Positions 1 through 14,087 of a stretch of DNA of 64,000 bases are shown here, piece by piece. Below the pieces are notes generated by a model. It was not told where the DNA came from. It was given only the letters and a program-made list of their open reading frames with translations, and ran no database searches. The first letter of the stretch is position 1. The number at the start of each line of letters is the position of its first letter. Position numbers and translations under genes: made by a program. Origin of the DNA: Eledone cirrhosa (taxonomy: Eukaryota); NCBI GenBank assembly GCA_964016885.1, contig OZ024745.1:67208001-67272000 (forward strand), in the 5' to 3' direction.

Positions 1-1295
1 ACCGTTATGGTATAAAGTGGGGCTGTAATACAGGAAGGTTTTATACGATTTGTGTTTACAAGCCGAAATTGCCTCAGATATTTTGTTTAAGATTTTGTCA
101 TTGGCGTAGAGTAATTCCTGGGCGTCAGCGGCGTTAAGATCGCTTGGTCTTTATTTCCGTTATACGATCTAGCTTTAGCTAGGATCTCCCAGTGTAACCT
201 ATATTGGGTGTGGTTGACTTTTAGACTCCAGATATAAGCTGAAAGTGACGTCATATTCCTTCTTAAAGGGTTTAGAAAAGAATGGGTGTGCATCTAAAGA
301 CGCTGCTTGAATCTATTGGCGGTTAACCCTATGTAGGCCCTACGGGACGTGGGTGTTTCGACCTTACATTTGTAGACAATGTTACTAGAGAAGCATTTCC
401 CGGATAGAGGGCAGTCAAGCCGATTCCTACAATTACAATTAGTACTAGCTACAGGGTTGCACGTGTTCTTACGGCTAGGTAATGTAGCTGAATTTGAAGC
501 AGTGATGTTATGTGCAATGTTATGAGTCGTAGAGTAGGATATTTTAATGTATTTCTATTAAAAATGTTATTATATTTATGTGCTGAAGGGAAATGCTTCT
601 TAATAACGAAGAGAAAGATCTTAGCTAATGGTGTGGTCACCTCCATATGATATGGTGGGTTATACCATATAATGCGTTGGGGTCTATTTTTCCTTGGTCT
701 CTGCTCATACTTAGCACATGCTACATTATCGACAAATCCACTCCGAGCAAGAGGTTCATTGTAATATGTGGAATGGTCGGTGAAAATATGCTCGTTTGTA
801 GAGAAAAGAAGGAAAAGGCCGATATTAGAAATCTATTAGATTTGTTTATCCAAATAAAGTCGTCGAAATTAATCACCGACTTACTGTCATTGAGGATGAC
901 GTCAACTTCGAAATCCTTAACCACCGTGAGCGTTTTAACGAAATTTATAGCTCTAAGAAGTGGTAAAGTGATGGAGGAGTAGTCGTTATTGATGTCGAAC
1001 TGGATAAAACGGCAATGTTCTTTGTTGCATATGCCATTGTACCAATCAATCACCGCGAAAGAATTATTCCACAGTGCAAGAGGGGCAATGCTTCTAATTT
1101 CAGGTATAATTCTATCTAAAATCCTTTTACTAAGTCTACTTGAAAGAGACTTCGTAGGGTTAATTAGCCGAATAGAGGAGTTGTTGGCGAAATTTGGTTT
1201 GTGATCCTTCAGGGTAAAGTTGGGAGTACCAGAGGTTCAGTCCGGTCCTGGATGTTGGGTTCAGAAGTGATTTTAAACCCAACGTCGTTGATGTC

Positions 1296-1482
1296 ATTAA
1301 TTGTTTCTACTTTTTGGCACAAGGCCAGCAATTATCTCAGTTCATTACTGGTACTTTATTTTATCGACCCCGTAAGGATGATATGCAAAGTTAACCTCGG
1401 CGGGATTTCAACTCAGTCCCTAAAGGGAAGTAACTCTTTGCTGCAAAGCATGGCGTCCGACCCTCTACCGATACTGCCAATT
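1296..1482 (-). mobile_element. tRNA-derived SINE copy
   Basis: Reverse complement of the SINE consensus. Confidence 0.85.
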
Positions 1483-1768
1483 AATGACACTCCGATTGGT
1501 TTTCCGGTAATCGTTAGTTGCAGCATTATGTAGCAGTTGATGGTAAGTACTGCGCTCCACTTGATATAGATTGCCAGTTTTGACGGAGAGGATGTGTATG
1601 CGTGTTTGCACGTATGTAAGGTGTGTAAATGTGTACATTGTGTTTTGGGTGACGTGGTTTGGTGAACATATGTGCATTTACCTGTAGATGTGTGTGTGCG
1701 TGCGTTATATAAGTATTTAAATGTGTATATTTATATACGTTTATATAATTATATGTATACACACACAT

Positions 1769-1811
<43 letters not shown>

Positions 1812-2041
1812 TTTTAATGTATATTCGGTGTATACGTTCGTATGTGTGCGGGTACAGGTGTCGCGTGGTTTTAAGTATGAGTGTGCGTGTTTATGTGTTC
1901 GTGCATTTATATGCATGCATTGCGAGTCTTTTCGCGTATGTTGTATATAAGTGAGTGTATGTATATATTTAATTATTATTGATTTTAATAACCTCATTCA
2001 TTTTTGCTCTACTAATTTATTTACATTATGCTTAACTCTGA

Positions 2042-2233
2042 GGGCGGTGGATTGGCAGTATCGGTAGAAGGTCGGACGCTATGCTTTGCAGCACAGTTAC
2101 ATCCCTTTACGGACTGAGTTAAAATTCCGCCGAGGTTAACTTTGCCTCTCATCCTTATGGCGTCGATAAAATAAAGTACTAGTAATACACTGGGGTAATT
2201 GCTGGCCTTGTGCCAAAAGTAGAAACAATTATT
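2042..2233 (+). mobile_element. tRNA-derived SINE (Meta-type core), full length, inserted in PLE pLTR
   Basis: A box tggcagtatcgg, B-box-like gagttaaaattcc, core gcctctcatcc..gtcgataaaataaagtac, att tail. ~16-bp TSD ttat(g/t)cttaactctga. Confidence 0.85.
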
Positions 2234-2637
2234 CTTAACTCTGAAGCCGAGAATCATTCGGATACCTAAATAGAATATTAGTCTACGACTTCATTTATAC
2301 CATAAACGTGGTTTTGTCTTTGCGTGTAATTGTTCTCAACGTTCCATATGATGACGTATTATCATCGCTTTTTTCTTTTCATTGCCAGGTAACGTCTTCA
2401 CGAATCAAAGTATCGCCTTCCTGTTTTACTTCGGATGCCACGTTTTTCGAAATATTTATTTATGCGTTCAAAGATTGAATTTTTTAGTTTCAGAAGATCC
2501 CGTTAAGGGTGGAAGCAGCGATTCTTTGCTTAAACTGTTATTTTAATAAATATTTGCTCTAGGGTTCTTATATATTTGATATATAATTATCCTTATCGAG
2601 CCCTCTTTCGATTTTAGTCTTCAAATTTATTATTATT

Positions 2638-2681
<44 letters not shown>

Positions 2682-2892
2682 ATATGTACATAATACCTAT
2701 ACATAATAATGTATGTACGTGCGTATATGTGTGTGTCTGTGTATGACGTATGTATGTAAGTAGGTATCTAGGTAGGTGTGCGTTGTGTAATGATTTTCAT
2801 TTGTTATACCGCATTAAAATACTGATCAATATAAAGCTAGGTGATCCTCAATTAATAATGTTAAATCCGTTATATGTATGCCTATATATATG

Positions 2893-2943
<51 letters not shown>

Positions 2944-2945
<2 letters not shown>

Positions 2946-3143
2946 CAAAGGAATTCTGGTAAGGAACCAGATGGACCATAACGCACCAGAGTACTCAATA
3001 CTTAGGGTAGTAGAGTGAGAAATAGGAAAAAGTATGACCCCGACGGCAGAGCTCAAGCCGTTTCGACGGCTATTTCTGGACTCTGAGTCCAGAAATAGCT
3101 GTCGAAACGGCTTGAGCTCTGCCGTCGGGGTCATACTTTTTCC

Positions 3144-3146
<3 letters not shown>
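2944..3146. mobile_element. Family A fold-back element (3' half of HHR)
   Basis: Near-perfect 62-bp arms 3022-3083 and 3085-3146. Contains cGAAAcggc-ttgagctct-gccgTC-ggggtc. (TA)n on both sides. Confidence 0.85.
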
Positions 3147-3194
<48 letters not shown>

Positions 3195-4611
3195 CTATAT
3201 ATATATATATATATATATATATGCATATATATATAGGTATACAAACATACACACATATATATATAGGTATACATATAATGGATTTGACACATTATTAATT
3301 GAGTATCATATATATATATTTATATATATATATTTATTTATATATATGTGTATATATATGTGTGTGTATATATATGTGTGTGTATATATGTGTGTATGTG
3401 TGTGTATGTGTGTGTTTGTGAGTGTATGTGCGTGTGTGAACATAACGTTTTGTTTAAATCGATTTGTCAAATTTGTGTTGGTTGTATTCATCAACCCTTT
3501 TAAAATATTAACAGATAACGTAGTAAGCCTTTGAATGGCACTAAGCATATATTCCTATGGAAAACAACAATAGTCTATTCATAGTCCCTCGCTCAACTAG
3601 ATGTATCAGCCAACCCGTCCATCAAACTGTACCCTACCTTCTTATAAATGGAAACTCGTACTGAATGCCATAATGTAGAAGGGATAATCGTGGTTGGAAC
3701 GTCTTTGTTCATAGAACATATTGATATGTTTGAGGTGTGGCTACAAAACAAAACAAAATTATATAGCTCTGAATTACATAGCTGATGCTTTAACGTCAGT
3801 ACGATATATAATTGTATATAGGACATTTCATGTCTTGCTCTTAAACACTGCATATTATGTATATGTCACCTTTTCTCTTATTTCTTTAACGGACTTCTGA
3901 ATACTTTCAACTAAACAAATCCGGGACCACCAAAACTTTACTCGGGTTTCTAACCAAATCTGACATACCTATCAATCAGATTAGCAGCTACCTCATATAT
4001 ACGGTAGAAGTGTTTTGTTTTGTTTTTTCATCTATTAAATTAATGCAAAATACCTATTTTTTATTGTCCCCACTTGAGTCTTTTCTGTTTTGTTTTTGTT
4101 TGTTTGTTTGTTTGTTTTTTCGTTTGTTCTTTGTTTTTTTTTTGTTTTTGTTTTTTTGCAATTCACCCTGTCAAGTTATCACCCACCCATTGTAACTCAT
4201 CTTCTCAGCGTTTTCAGCTCAACTCTTATTTCAGTTTATTTATGAACCTGACAATGTAATTTAATTTTGTCTGTTACCGTACCCATTTTGTTGATTTGCG
4301 GTCTTTATCCTAAGTCTAATAAAATCATAAGCATGATCTGATATTCTTAACTTGCTTGTTAAGTCTTTTATCAGCTTCCATGCTTTTGCACTATATGAAA
4401 TTGTAGGGAAAGTGTTATGGTTTTGAACTTTTCTCTCAAGGCTTAAAGATAGCTTTCATTTAAAATTGAAACTTGCTCGCTGACGGCTTACAATCCCACG
4501 GCAATGCAATTCCTGATAACACATTTGAAGAAACATTCTATTCAATAGTAAACAGTTATATCAACACCGATGAAACTAAAACAATTCAACCAAGTAAAAT
4601 AAACTAAATCC

Positions 4612-4705
<94 letters not shown>

Positions 4706-4752
4706 GTGTGTGTATGTATGTATTTTGGTAATTATGCATGTATATATATATA

Positions 4753-4811
<59 letters not shown>

Positions 4812-5046
4812 AAAGAGGGGAAAATCTGACACTGACACGAAAGTCTCTTGTTTTATTTTCGGTTTGTGTTATTCAATGTGCACAAATACATTTCCTAGCA
4901 TTTTATATTATTATATGCGTTTGAGCGGTGTATTGTGTACGCGCATATGTGCGTGCTTCTTTATGTGTTCTTTATGTGTGTGAGGGAGAGAGAAAGTTTC
5001 TGTATATGTGAGTGTTTGTTTGTGTATGTACAAGTGCGTGTGTGTA

Positions 5047-5118
<72 letters not shown>

Positions 5119-6123
5119 TGTGTGTGTGTGTGTGCACGCGCGAGTGTGATGTGGCTTTTGCTTGTGGTGTAAGAGCGTTTGAACTTGCGTGTAGATGGAG
5201 TGAAGGTTAAGCGTTTGAACAAAACACTATGTTTCTCGCTATAAATATATAATTCTTTCTTATTACGTGCTAATCGCTCCAGAATTAATGGGAGAGAAAG
5301 ATAATGATAGACTAGCGAATAGTTGACTATTTCGTTTTTTCTAATCTTTCTCTTTCATTCTCTTATCTAAAAATATACGTCCTTACTCTCTGACATCTCT
5401 CACAAGACTCTATCAGTTACATGACGGCAATGTGATTTTTTAAAAGTCTTTTTATTATTATTTATTAACGCAGATTAAACATACTGCTACATTTTCTTCT
5501 ACATTTTCTTCGCACCTCTGCGTGTGAGTATATACATGTTAAATGTTGGAATGAGTAAGTTCACATGTGTGTATTTAAGTATTGCTTTTAGAAAACTTTC
5601 AGTTCATGGGTAAACGATGAAAAAGGATAAGCTAGGATTTCCTTTTAGATTTGTTCAACTAACCCTACACTAACAGATAGAAAGTTTCACTGACTACCTG
5701 CGTATAACTGATGAATTGATGTGTATTACTAGTGGGAGTAATTGTGTATTACTAGTGGGAGTGAAAATTGGAAATATAGTCTGAAATTTCTTATCTATAA
5801 CATTATTAGGTCATGTATAGAAATTCCCATGAATATATATATAGTATATAAGTTATTCCGGGTTCAATCGGAGGTAACCACAGTAATACATTGGTGGGTG
5901 GTGCCTTATTCGTTTTGAAACCGAACTCCTCATCATTGGTATATGTTACATCAGGGTTGTCGAGAAGAAGGCTCTCCATCTAATTCGCTTGATGAACTCG
6001 TCTGTTGAGTGTTTTTAGCGCTGATTATCGAGTCATCTTAATCATTTTGATTATTTTAGCTCTTTAGATCATCGAGCAAAACTGGTTACACACGCGCACA
6101 CGTGAAAGAAAACATATATTTAC

Positions 6124-6183
<60 letters not shown>

Positions 6184-6204
6184 CTCATTATTATATTTGT
6201 CTGC

Positions 6205-6500
6205 GCTTTGCCTTTCATCCTTACGGGGTCGCTAAAATAGAGTACCAGTAATGTACTGGGTAATTGCTGGCCTTGTACCAAAATGTAGAAACAATTATTA
6301 TATTGTCTGCGGTGAATTGGCAGTATCAGTAGAGGGTTGGACGCCATGCTTTCTAGCATAGTTACGTTCCTTTACGGTTTGAATTCAAATCTCGTCGAGA
6401 TTAACTTTGCCTTTCATCCTTACGGGGTCGATAAAATAAAGTACCAGTAATGTACTGGGTAATTGCTGGCCTTGTGCTAAAAGTAGAAACAATTATTATA
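6205..6500 (+). mobile_element. Tandem SINE copies (partial + full)
   Basis: Two consecutive SINE 3' ends, each followed by ttatattgtctg. Confidence 0.85.
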
Positions 6501-6918
6501 TTGTCTGAAACTCCCTTATGGTCGAGTTAACCCGAAAGTGTACTAACTGATTTCTTTAGAAAATACGATAGTCACTTTCTGTCCACCTTACTAGCCGCCT
6601 GTGACCTCTCTATCGTGTAATAATTTCTCCCTCCAACTTCTGATATATTTTCACTTGCTACAATGGAAACCGTCTTTTTCTTGACCGATGTATCATGTGT
6701 TAATTCCTCCCTCCACCTGTAGAGATTTTCTCACTTGCTACAAACGCGTCTGGGAAACAGTCCTGTTCTCTAAGGTGTTCCTTGACAAGCTGCTTAACCT
6801 CACAACGATGGTACATTTCTATAATGCACAGTATTACGTATGGATAACTGAAACTACGCAGTCGAGACTTTGAAGGAAAAATAGGTATATTTTTGTTTAT
6901 TATTTCCTCTTATTTTGG

Positions 6919-6957
<39 letters not shown>

Positions 6958-7277
6958 CACTTAAAAATGTGAATATTTGTGTGAGTAGGCGTTTATGTGT
7001 GGGTGTGATACAAGCAGGATTGGATAAACAACAGACCAGTTGTTCTAGTCACTATTGATCATACAGCTTTTTCTAATTTGATTAAAACTCCAGGAATATA
7101 TTACTATTAGGAAATATACACAGCTGAATCTGCTCGTGGCAGATAAACTGGGATTGAATTGTAACTTATTATGGATTCAATAAATAAATAAATATGAATT
7201 ACTTAATGTAGTTTAATGAGTTTATGTTATTGTTATTATTGCTGCTACACTTGTTAGTAATAATATTGATGATGATA

Positions 7278-8105
7278 ATAATTGTTTTTACTTTTGGCAC
7301 AACGCCAGCAAATACCCAATGCATTACTGGTACTTTATTTTATCGACCCCGTAAGGATGAAAGGCAAAGTTAACCTCGGTGGGATTTGAACTCAGAACGT
7401 AAATGCGTCATAACTCTATGCTGCAAAGCATGGTGTCTAACGCTCTACCGATACTGCCAATCCACCGCCTTAATTTTGATGATGATAATAATTGTTTCTA
7501 CTTTTGGCACAAGGCCAGCAATTACCCAGTACATTACTGGTACTTTATGTTATCGACCCCGTAAGGATGAAAGGTAAAGTTAACCTCAGCGGGATTTGAA
7601 CTCAGACCGTAAAGGGACATAACTATGCTGGAAAGCATGGCGTCCATTACCCAGTGCATTACTGGTACTTTATTTTATCGACCCCGTAAGGATGAAAGGC
7701 AAAGTCAACCTCGGCGGGATTTGAACTCAGATCGTAAAGGGACGTAACTATGCTGGAAAGCATGGCGTCCGACCCTCTACCGACACTGCCAATCCACCGC
7801 AATTGTGGTGATAATAATAATAGTTTCTTATATAGACACAAGGCCAGCAATTTTGAGGGAGGAGAAAGTCGATTAGATCGACACCAGTGCGTTACTGGTA
7901 CTTTAACGCACTGGGATCAAGTAATTGATTCTACCTTTGGCACAAGGCCAGCAATTACCCAGTACATTACTGGTACTTTATGTTATCGACCCCGTAAGGA
8001 TGAAAGGTAAAGTTAACCTCAGCGGGATTTGAACTCAGACCGTAAAGGGACATAACTATGCTGGAAAGCATGGCGTCCGACTCTCTACCGATACTGCCAA
8101 TCCAA
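7278..8105 (-). mobile_element. Head-to-tail cluster of ~5 SINE copies
   Basis: Repeated ttatcgaccccgtaaggatgaaagg..gggatttgaactcag units separated by (RAT)n. Confidence 0.88.
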
Positions 8106-10622
8106 TAATAATAATAGTTTCAGAGCAAGAGCTTCAGACTTAAACAGTGTCCGTGCATTACTGACTTGTGGAGTTATGTCAAACAGCTATAGTCGCGTGT
8201 GAAACGGTTCCGGCTATCGATTGAATCCATAGTGAAGATCGCCCTACCGCCTTCTTTTGACTGGAAAGGTCAGTCAGCTTTCCTTTATCTGGTTGCGGTA
8301 GTGAAAGAGTTTGTGTGATGGACCAGGTTGAAAGGACTGAAAATAGACACTTTTCTCTACGGCCAATCCCTCATCAACCTTTTCAAATTTCAATTGGAAA
8401 GGAAGGTGGGAGTGGAGAGAGACGTGCTTCGGTGGGTGAATGTTACAAGAATGGTATGCGTGAATGGGCCTACTCTAAGCATGCGCCTAGTCCTCCACAA
8501 TTCCAGGAGGGTGTGGTTTACCTTGATGACAACACAAATTAAGATACATCATAGAAAAATACCTACCATTCTTAGATTTATGCAAAGAAGAATAAATTCC
8601 ACATCCAACAATATTTCCGTTAAGTGCTTTCTCCGCCTGTTTCTGCTACCGGGCTCCGGCTACCAATTGTAACAGAATAATGTGAAAATGTATTTATTTT
8701 TCGCAGCTTTTGCCACCAGCTCAGGCTCGTCAACAACCACAGAAATTCTACGTTCCATCATGACAACTCCACTTACTTGTGTCACTTTGGCGTCCTTTTT
8801 AACAATTGATTGTCGATATAGCTTTTTCTGAGTCGCTACAATGTCAGTAGGCGTTTTAATTGTGGTGTTGCCATTATTGTCGCTGTTGTTTTTGTCAGCG
8901 TCGGTGATACTGTTTATGTTGTGTTGCTCGTGCCATCACAAATTTATGAGTAAAAAAATAAAATATAAGATAGAGAAATGTGACTTTACTTTGATTTGAC
9001 ATTCTTACTATAGATGAAATATGTTTTCACTGACATTAGAATTCCTTTAACAATATTGTCATGACACATAATGTCAGTGTTAGATAGAATGACGGTTAGA
9101 AGAAACTGAATCTAATTTTGAATATTGTTTTAGGAAAAGAGAGACGTATTTGCATTGAATGAGGCCAGGGGAATATATTTAAATATATTTAAAATTAAAA
9201 TTTGAAAGCTTTGACCATCATTTTAGATTAATCCAAATAGCTCTTTAATGTTTCGTGTACATATGTTAATATATTACTTTGCAATCCCTAAAAACATAAT
9301 TTTTCTACACTTTTCGGTTATCAAATACGCTTCTCATCTTTTCTGTACGAATTTTTTCACATAATACACACTCTATTGTTGCTTTTAATTTCTTTAATTG
9401 AATTAAATGTTTCGTAAGTTCTCAACATATCTAAAGAATGCAAACCGATTCTTATGAAACTGGACATAATTCTAACACGTTTTTCTTTTGTATTTTTTTG
9501 TTTCACTTATCTCCTTTATATAGCTCCTTTTTCTCATCAATTTAATCATTTATTTGTTCTATTTTTTATGCACTTATACAACAATTTGTTCTTGTTTTTG
9601 TTTAGGCTTATACCAGCTCTACTTTAGCAAACTTCTGGCCAACAACATTCTAATCCCTATAATCTTGTGTTTCTTTATTTCAGACATAGTGTATGTAATG
9701 TCTGGTGTCTCCTTCATTTAGTATAAGTTTATGGTGGTAGTTAATGGAGATCGGCTGCTACTTCTAAGAGGGCAACTGAAGTTCTATAGGTTTCCTATTT
9801 GGCCTGACTTACAATGTATTTATGACAAAGTGTTTACCATTTCCTATTAACATATTATTATCCAAACACAAAAACCGTTTTGGGGGTTTGGAAAATATCA
9901 TTACCAAATGTAGGCCATATTCACTGTGATTCGATATTTAATGTAATTTTTAACAAAAGACTGTATTGACATTTGCACTTTTGTCTCATGTTCAAGGACT
10001 CATAAATGTCTTATGATTTATTTTTGTTTTGTTTGTTTGTTGCTTGTATTTCCTGCGAGTTTTGAATTAAAAAATGAACCATTAATTTTTTCAAATCTAA
10101 TATACCATATTTCATTTTTCATTTATCTTTGTAGCTTGCTGAAGCAGTTGAGAATTACCTGAAGCATTGAATCAAGGAAGGCACATCCTACCATACGATT
10201 TCATCTAATAAAATCTCAATGAATCGTTAGTTTCTTTTGAAGCCCATTAAACTACTATTGCGAAATGGTTTATATTCGTCGTTTATTAAAACGCTCATTT
10301 ATAATATGATGTATATCGAATGAAAAGTTATATAATCAGCAATATACCTATTAAAACCATTTAGATATATCGCAATGACCTGATCGAAAATATCAACAGT
10401 GCTTTTTTGAAATATAATTGCGCCTCTTCCTATCCACCTGGAACAATATCTTGCCATGAGTAAATGGGCGTTGTTAATAGAAAGTTGAGAAGAAATATTA
10501 AAGTGGATTCAAATGAAATAACCTTAAAAAGTGACAAAGATTCTATCGTTATCTCCATCATCTACGACACCTTGAGAATTACCAGATTCAACAAAATCAA
10601 CAATAGAAATAATAAAGAATAG

Positions 10623-10696
<74 letters not shown>

Positions 10697-10697
<1 letters not shown>

Positions 10698-10825
10698 TGC
10701 ATGCTTGCTGGGAACAGCAAGAACCCTCCGATACGTCCTGAATATCTGAGGCTGCAGGTAGTGGCTTGATATTCATTTCAACAAACTTTCCAGTTAACTA
10801 ACATCAATGACTGAGACTCAAAGAG
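10697..10825 (+). mobile_element. R4/Dong-clade non-LTR retrotransposon 3' end inserted in (TAA)n
   Basis: Translates ACLLGTARTLRYVLNI*, followed by a short 3' UTR, with long (TAA)n on both sides, the known Dong target. Confidence 0.75.
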
Positions 10826-10832
10826 TAATAAC

Positions 10833-10908
<76 letters not shown>

Positions 10909-12182
10909 GTAGTAATAATAGTAGTGGTGGTGGTAGTAGTAAGAGTAATAATAAACAATAAATTATTTCCATTGTTGCAATATATGAAACGTGTTCCGCT
11001 GATTCCTTATAACGTTAAGATGATATATACACAAGTAGATATATATATTTGATTAGTGATATGCACCCAAATTGCAAACTATTCCCATTTAAGGGCCAAA
11101 ACAAGTTTGCAGCAGGATTTTCTTCCATCGTTAACTCCTTCAATTTAAGCATAATATTCTAAACGCATTGAATAAGATAAATTACTTCGTACAAGAAGCA
11201 AAAGAAACTAGAGTAGAAATGTTGATACCACTTAGCCTCTATATAAAATAAGATTTCTTCCTAAAAATATCAATGTAACGAAATCGTTTTCGTCTTCAAA
11301 TTCATTACGTACTAATTTTGTAGTCTATAAGCATGTTTACTACATTCAGCGCATTATCTCAAAATAACAAACATGTCATAAGACATATTTAACACATAAT
11401 ATAAGTATATCAAATATTTACTATACATAATTAGTTATTACATTTTATTAACTAAATATCCATTTCAGTTGCATAGCAATTTGTTTAATAGTTTACAATA
11501 TCTATTCTCATAATTTGGAAATGAACATCACGAAATAATCAAAACTACATTGTATTTAATATTCAGCTATGATAATACAATGTTTACAAAGATGTTTGAA
11601 TTATTTTTGAAATGGTATTAAATCTCTAATTTTTCTAAGTTAAATTTCTATCCGTCGATGAAATAATAATTTCCAATGACTAAATAAAAAGTCTTCTCAG
11701 CTGAAAAATAAAACTACATGTAGAAAAATTAAAACAATCAAAACCATAAGTCGATATGTCTAAAATCATTGTATTTTCTGTAATATAGTTTTTCCATACC
11801 ATTATTTCAGGAATATTTGTTCATATTTAAAATATTTATATTTTCCACTTATATCAACGAGGACCTGTACTCATTCTACTTATCACATGTCGAATATATT
11901 TATAATTTAAAGGCATTTGTATGTTACAGTTATATTTCTACATATCCATCCAAACAAGTTAAAATGAGATTTAAATCTTTTTAAAATACAATCGGAAAAG
12001 TAGTAACAGTCAAATATATATTTTAACTTTGTTATTCCTAAAAGATAAAAGTATTTATGTATCAACAGCTTTTTTTCGTGCCATCATAAACAAGTTGAAT
12101 GAAATTATAAAACTCTCCGCTGAAAACCAAGTGTCACTTGCTCTGCTCCGTCGTAACCCGAAGACAGTGTGAGTGAATATTC

Positions 12183-13478
12183 ATGCTGAATCACGCAGGA
12201 GTCTACAATGATACAGGAAATACGTCATTCCTCAATTATTATGATGTTCCATTCAATGATACATCCTTTACAAAGCAGGGACCCGACTACGAACTAAAAC
12301 ACCCTAGTATTGGCATACTGCTTTCTGTTTTCTCTTTTATAACTATAGTTGGAAACATTTTAGTTATTGTGGCAGTTACTCGCGAAATTTATTTAAGAAC
12401 AGTAACAAATTATTTCATAGTGTCTTTGGCTGTAGCTGACCTTATGGTAGGAGGTATTGTAATGCCATTCAGTATTAGTCTTGAAATTACCAACAATGTG
12501 TGGTTATATGGACCTATTTGGTGTGATTTGTGGCATTCGTTTGATGTGCTGGCAAGTACTGCTTCTATCATGAATCTATGTGTTATATCTCTTGATCGAT
12601 ACTGGGCGATAAACGACCCAATTTCATATCCAATTAGAATGTCTACGAGTAAAGTAAGCCTGCTTATAACTGGAGTTTGGTTATGCTCGGCAACAATATC
12701 CTTCCCAGCTATTGCTTGGTGGCGAGCTGTAACACCCAATGATGTGGAGAGTTACCAGTGCCTATTCACTGAGGACACAGGGTATTTAATATTTTCATCG
12801 TGTGTGTCGTTTTATTGTCCACTCATTATCATGCTATTCGTTTATTATAAAATCTACAAAGCTGCCGTTGCTCAAACGCGAAGTATCAAAATGGGATGTA
12901 AAGTAATGATGTCAAGTAGCATAGATGGAGAGGCTATGACACTACGAATACACAGAGGAGGTAGGAAGAGGGCGACACATGAGAATGACAATAGTGCTGA
13001 ACGAAATGCAAGTGATAGTGATAGTGGAAGTCCTGCTCATTTAGTTCGAGCTCAGGCAGGAGACCGGCCAACAAAATTCATCACAAAGCGCCTTAGACAT
13101 TTTGCAATTAGTAAAAAACTAAGTAAGATTGCCAAAGAACAGAAAGCAGCAAAAACACTTGGCATAGTTGTAGGCGTTTTCATTCTATGTTGGCTCCCAT
13201 TCTTCATAACTAATCTGCTTTTAGCACTGTGCAAAACTTGCGTCATTCATCAAGATAAACTGTTTCCTGTTTTCACTTGGTTTGGATATATAAATTCGGG
13301 AATGAATCCAATCATATATGCTCTGTCGATGCGAGATTTCAGGCGGGCTTTTTCAAAGATTATATTTATATGTTGTCCAAAATACGGTGTTATTCGTCGC
13401 CAAACAGCTAATGATAACAATACTAGTACAAGTTTTACAGTAAACACTGTGGATCGCACCGTACCATATAAATTATAA
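12183..13478 (+). CDS. Intronless class A GPCR, invertebrate D1-like dopamine receptor (Dop1R2/INDR/DAMB type), 431 aa
   Basis: Seven hydrophobic segments with GN (TM1), LAVAD (TM2), WCDLWHSFDVLASTASIMNLCVISLDRYWAI (TM3 Asp + DRY), FSSCVSFY (TM5 catechol-binding serines), KAAKTLGIVVGVFILCWLPFF (TM6) and NPIIY (TM7). The ISFPAIAWWRA and TLRIHRG segments recall the Dop1R2/INDR subfamily. N-glycosylation sequons in the N-terminus. Confidence 0.92.
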   Translation: MLNHAGVYNDTGNTSFLNYYDVPFNDTSFTKQGPDYELKHPSIGILLSVFSFITIVGNILVIVAVTREIYLRTVTNYFIVSLAVADLMVGGIVMPFSISLEITNNVWLYGPIWCDLWHSFDVLASTASIMNLCVISLDRYWAINDPISYPIRMSTSKVSLLITGVWLCSATISFPAIAWWRAVTPNDVESYQCLFTEDTGYLIFSSCVSFYCPLIIMLFVYYKIYKAAVAQTRSIKMGCKVMMSSSIDGEAMTLRIHRGGRKRATHENDNSAERNASDSDSGSPAHLVRAQAGDRPTKFITKRLRHFAISKKLSKIAKEQKAAKTLGIVVGVFILCWLPFFITNLLLALCKTCVIHQDKLFPVFTWFGYINSGMNPIIYALSMRDFRRAFSKIIFICCPKYGVIRRQTANDNNTSTSFTVNTVDRTVPYKL

Positions 13479-13986
13479 GCCGATAAAAAATATGCAGATA
13501 AACTAAACAAAAATATCTTTGAAAAATGGTTTTCATAAAATATTCTTGAAACACGAGTTTGTCTTTTTATAAGGACGTACCTCCCCTCATGCTGAACTCG
13601 CGTAGAACATTCATTCTAGGAGGTTTCGTAAATATATACGCAGAATCAAAAGACAAATTTCAGAAATCTCAGGAGATTTCTAAGAGATGCTATGGAAAAG
13701 ACTTTCCACCGTGTTATACGTATTTACACACATTAATATTAATATAAATATAAATGTGCTGTTACGTATTTAAACATTTCATACTAATATAAACTGATTA
13801 TGAACCCATATGTGCATTTACATGTGCATAGAATTTTAAAAAGTATGTTTTTATATGTACATACATGCATATCTATATACAGATGTACATATGCATGTAT
13901 GCACACACACACACATACACACAAATACACACACACACACTATACATATATATATATTTATTAAAATATATATATATGTATGTATA

Positions 13987-14087
<101 letters not shown>

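Larger units (their letters stand above)
1..2640 (-). mobile_element. Penelope-like retroelement family 1, copy 1 (degenerate RT + GIY-YIG, running off the window edge; inverted pseudo-LTR at ~1590-2640)
   Basis: Minus-strand fragments CRFIQFDINNDYSSI (RT), LAKIFLFVIKKHFP..NIFNRNTLK, CNCRNRLDCPLSGKC, AYIGLTANRFKQR (GIY-YIG). Near-identical to 21783-23900. Segment ~1590-2640 is the reverse complement of the 3' region at 20706-21540. Confidence 0.88.

Noticed and set aside
7278-8105. CRISPR-like or tRNA gene array
   Set aside because: The units are SINE copies of variable length with no unique spacers and no complete cloverleaf.
8120-8700. Higher-GC island with 75- and 114-aa ORFs
   Set aside because: No recognisable domain or repeat structure. 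It could be an old transposon remnant, but I cannot support a call.
12410-13510. Antisense ORFs overlapping the receptor
   Set aside because: Shadow frames of the GPCR CDS with no independent motifs.
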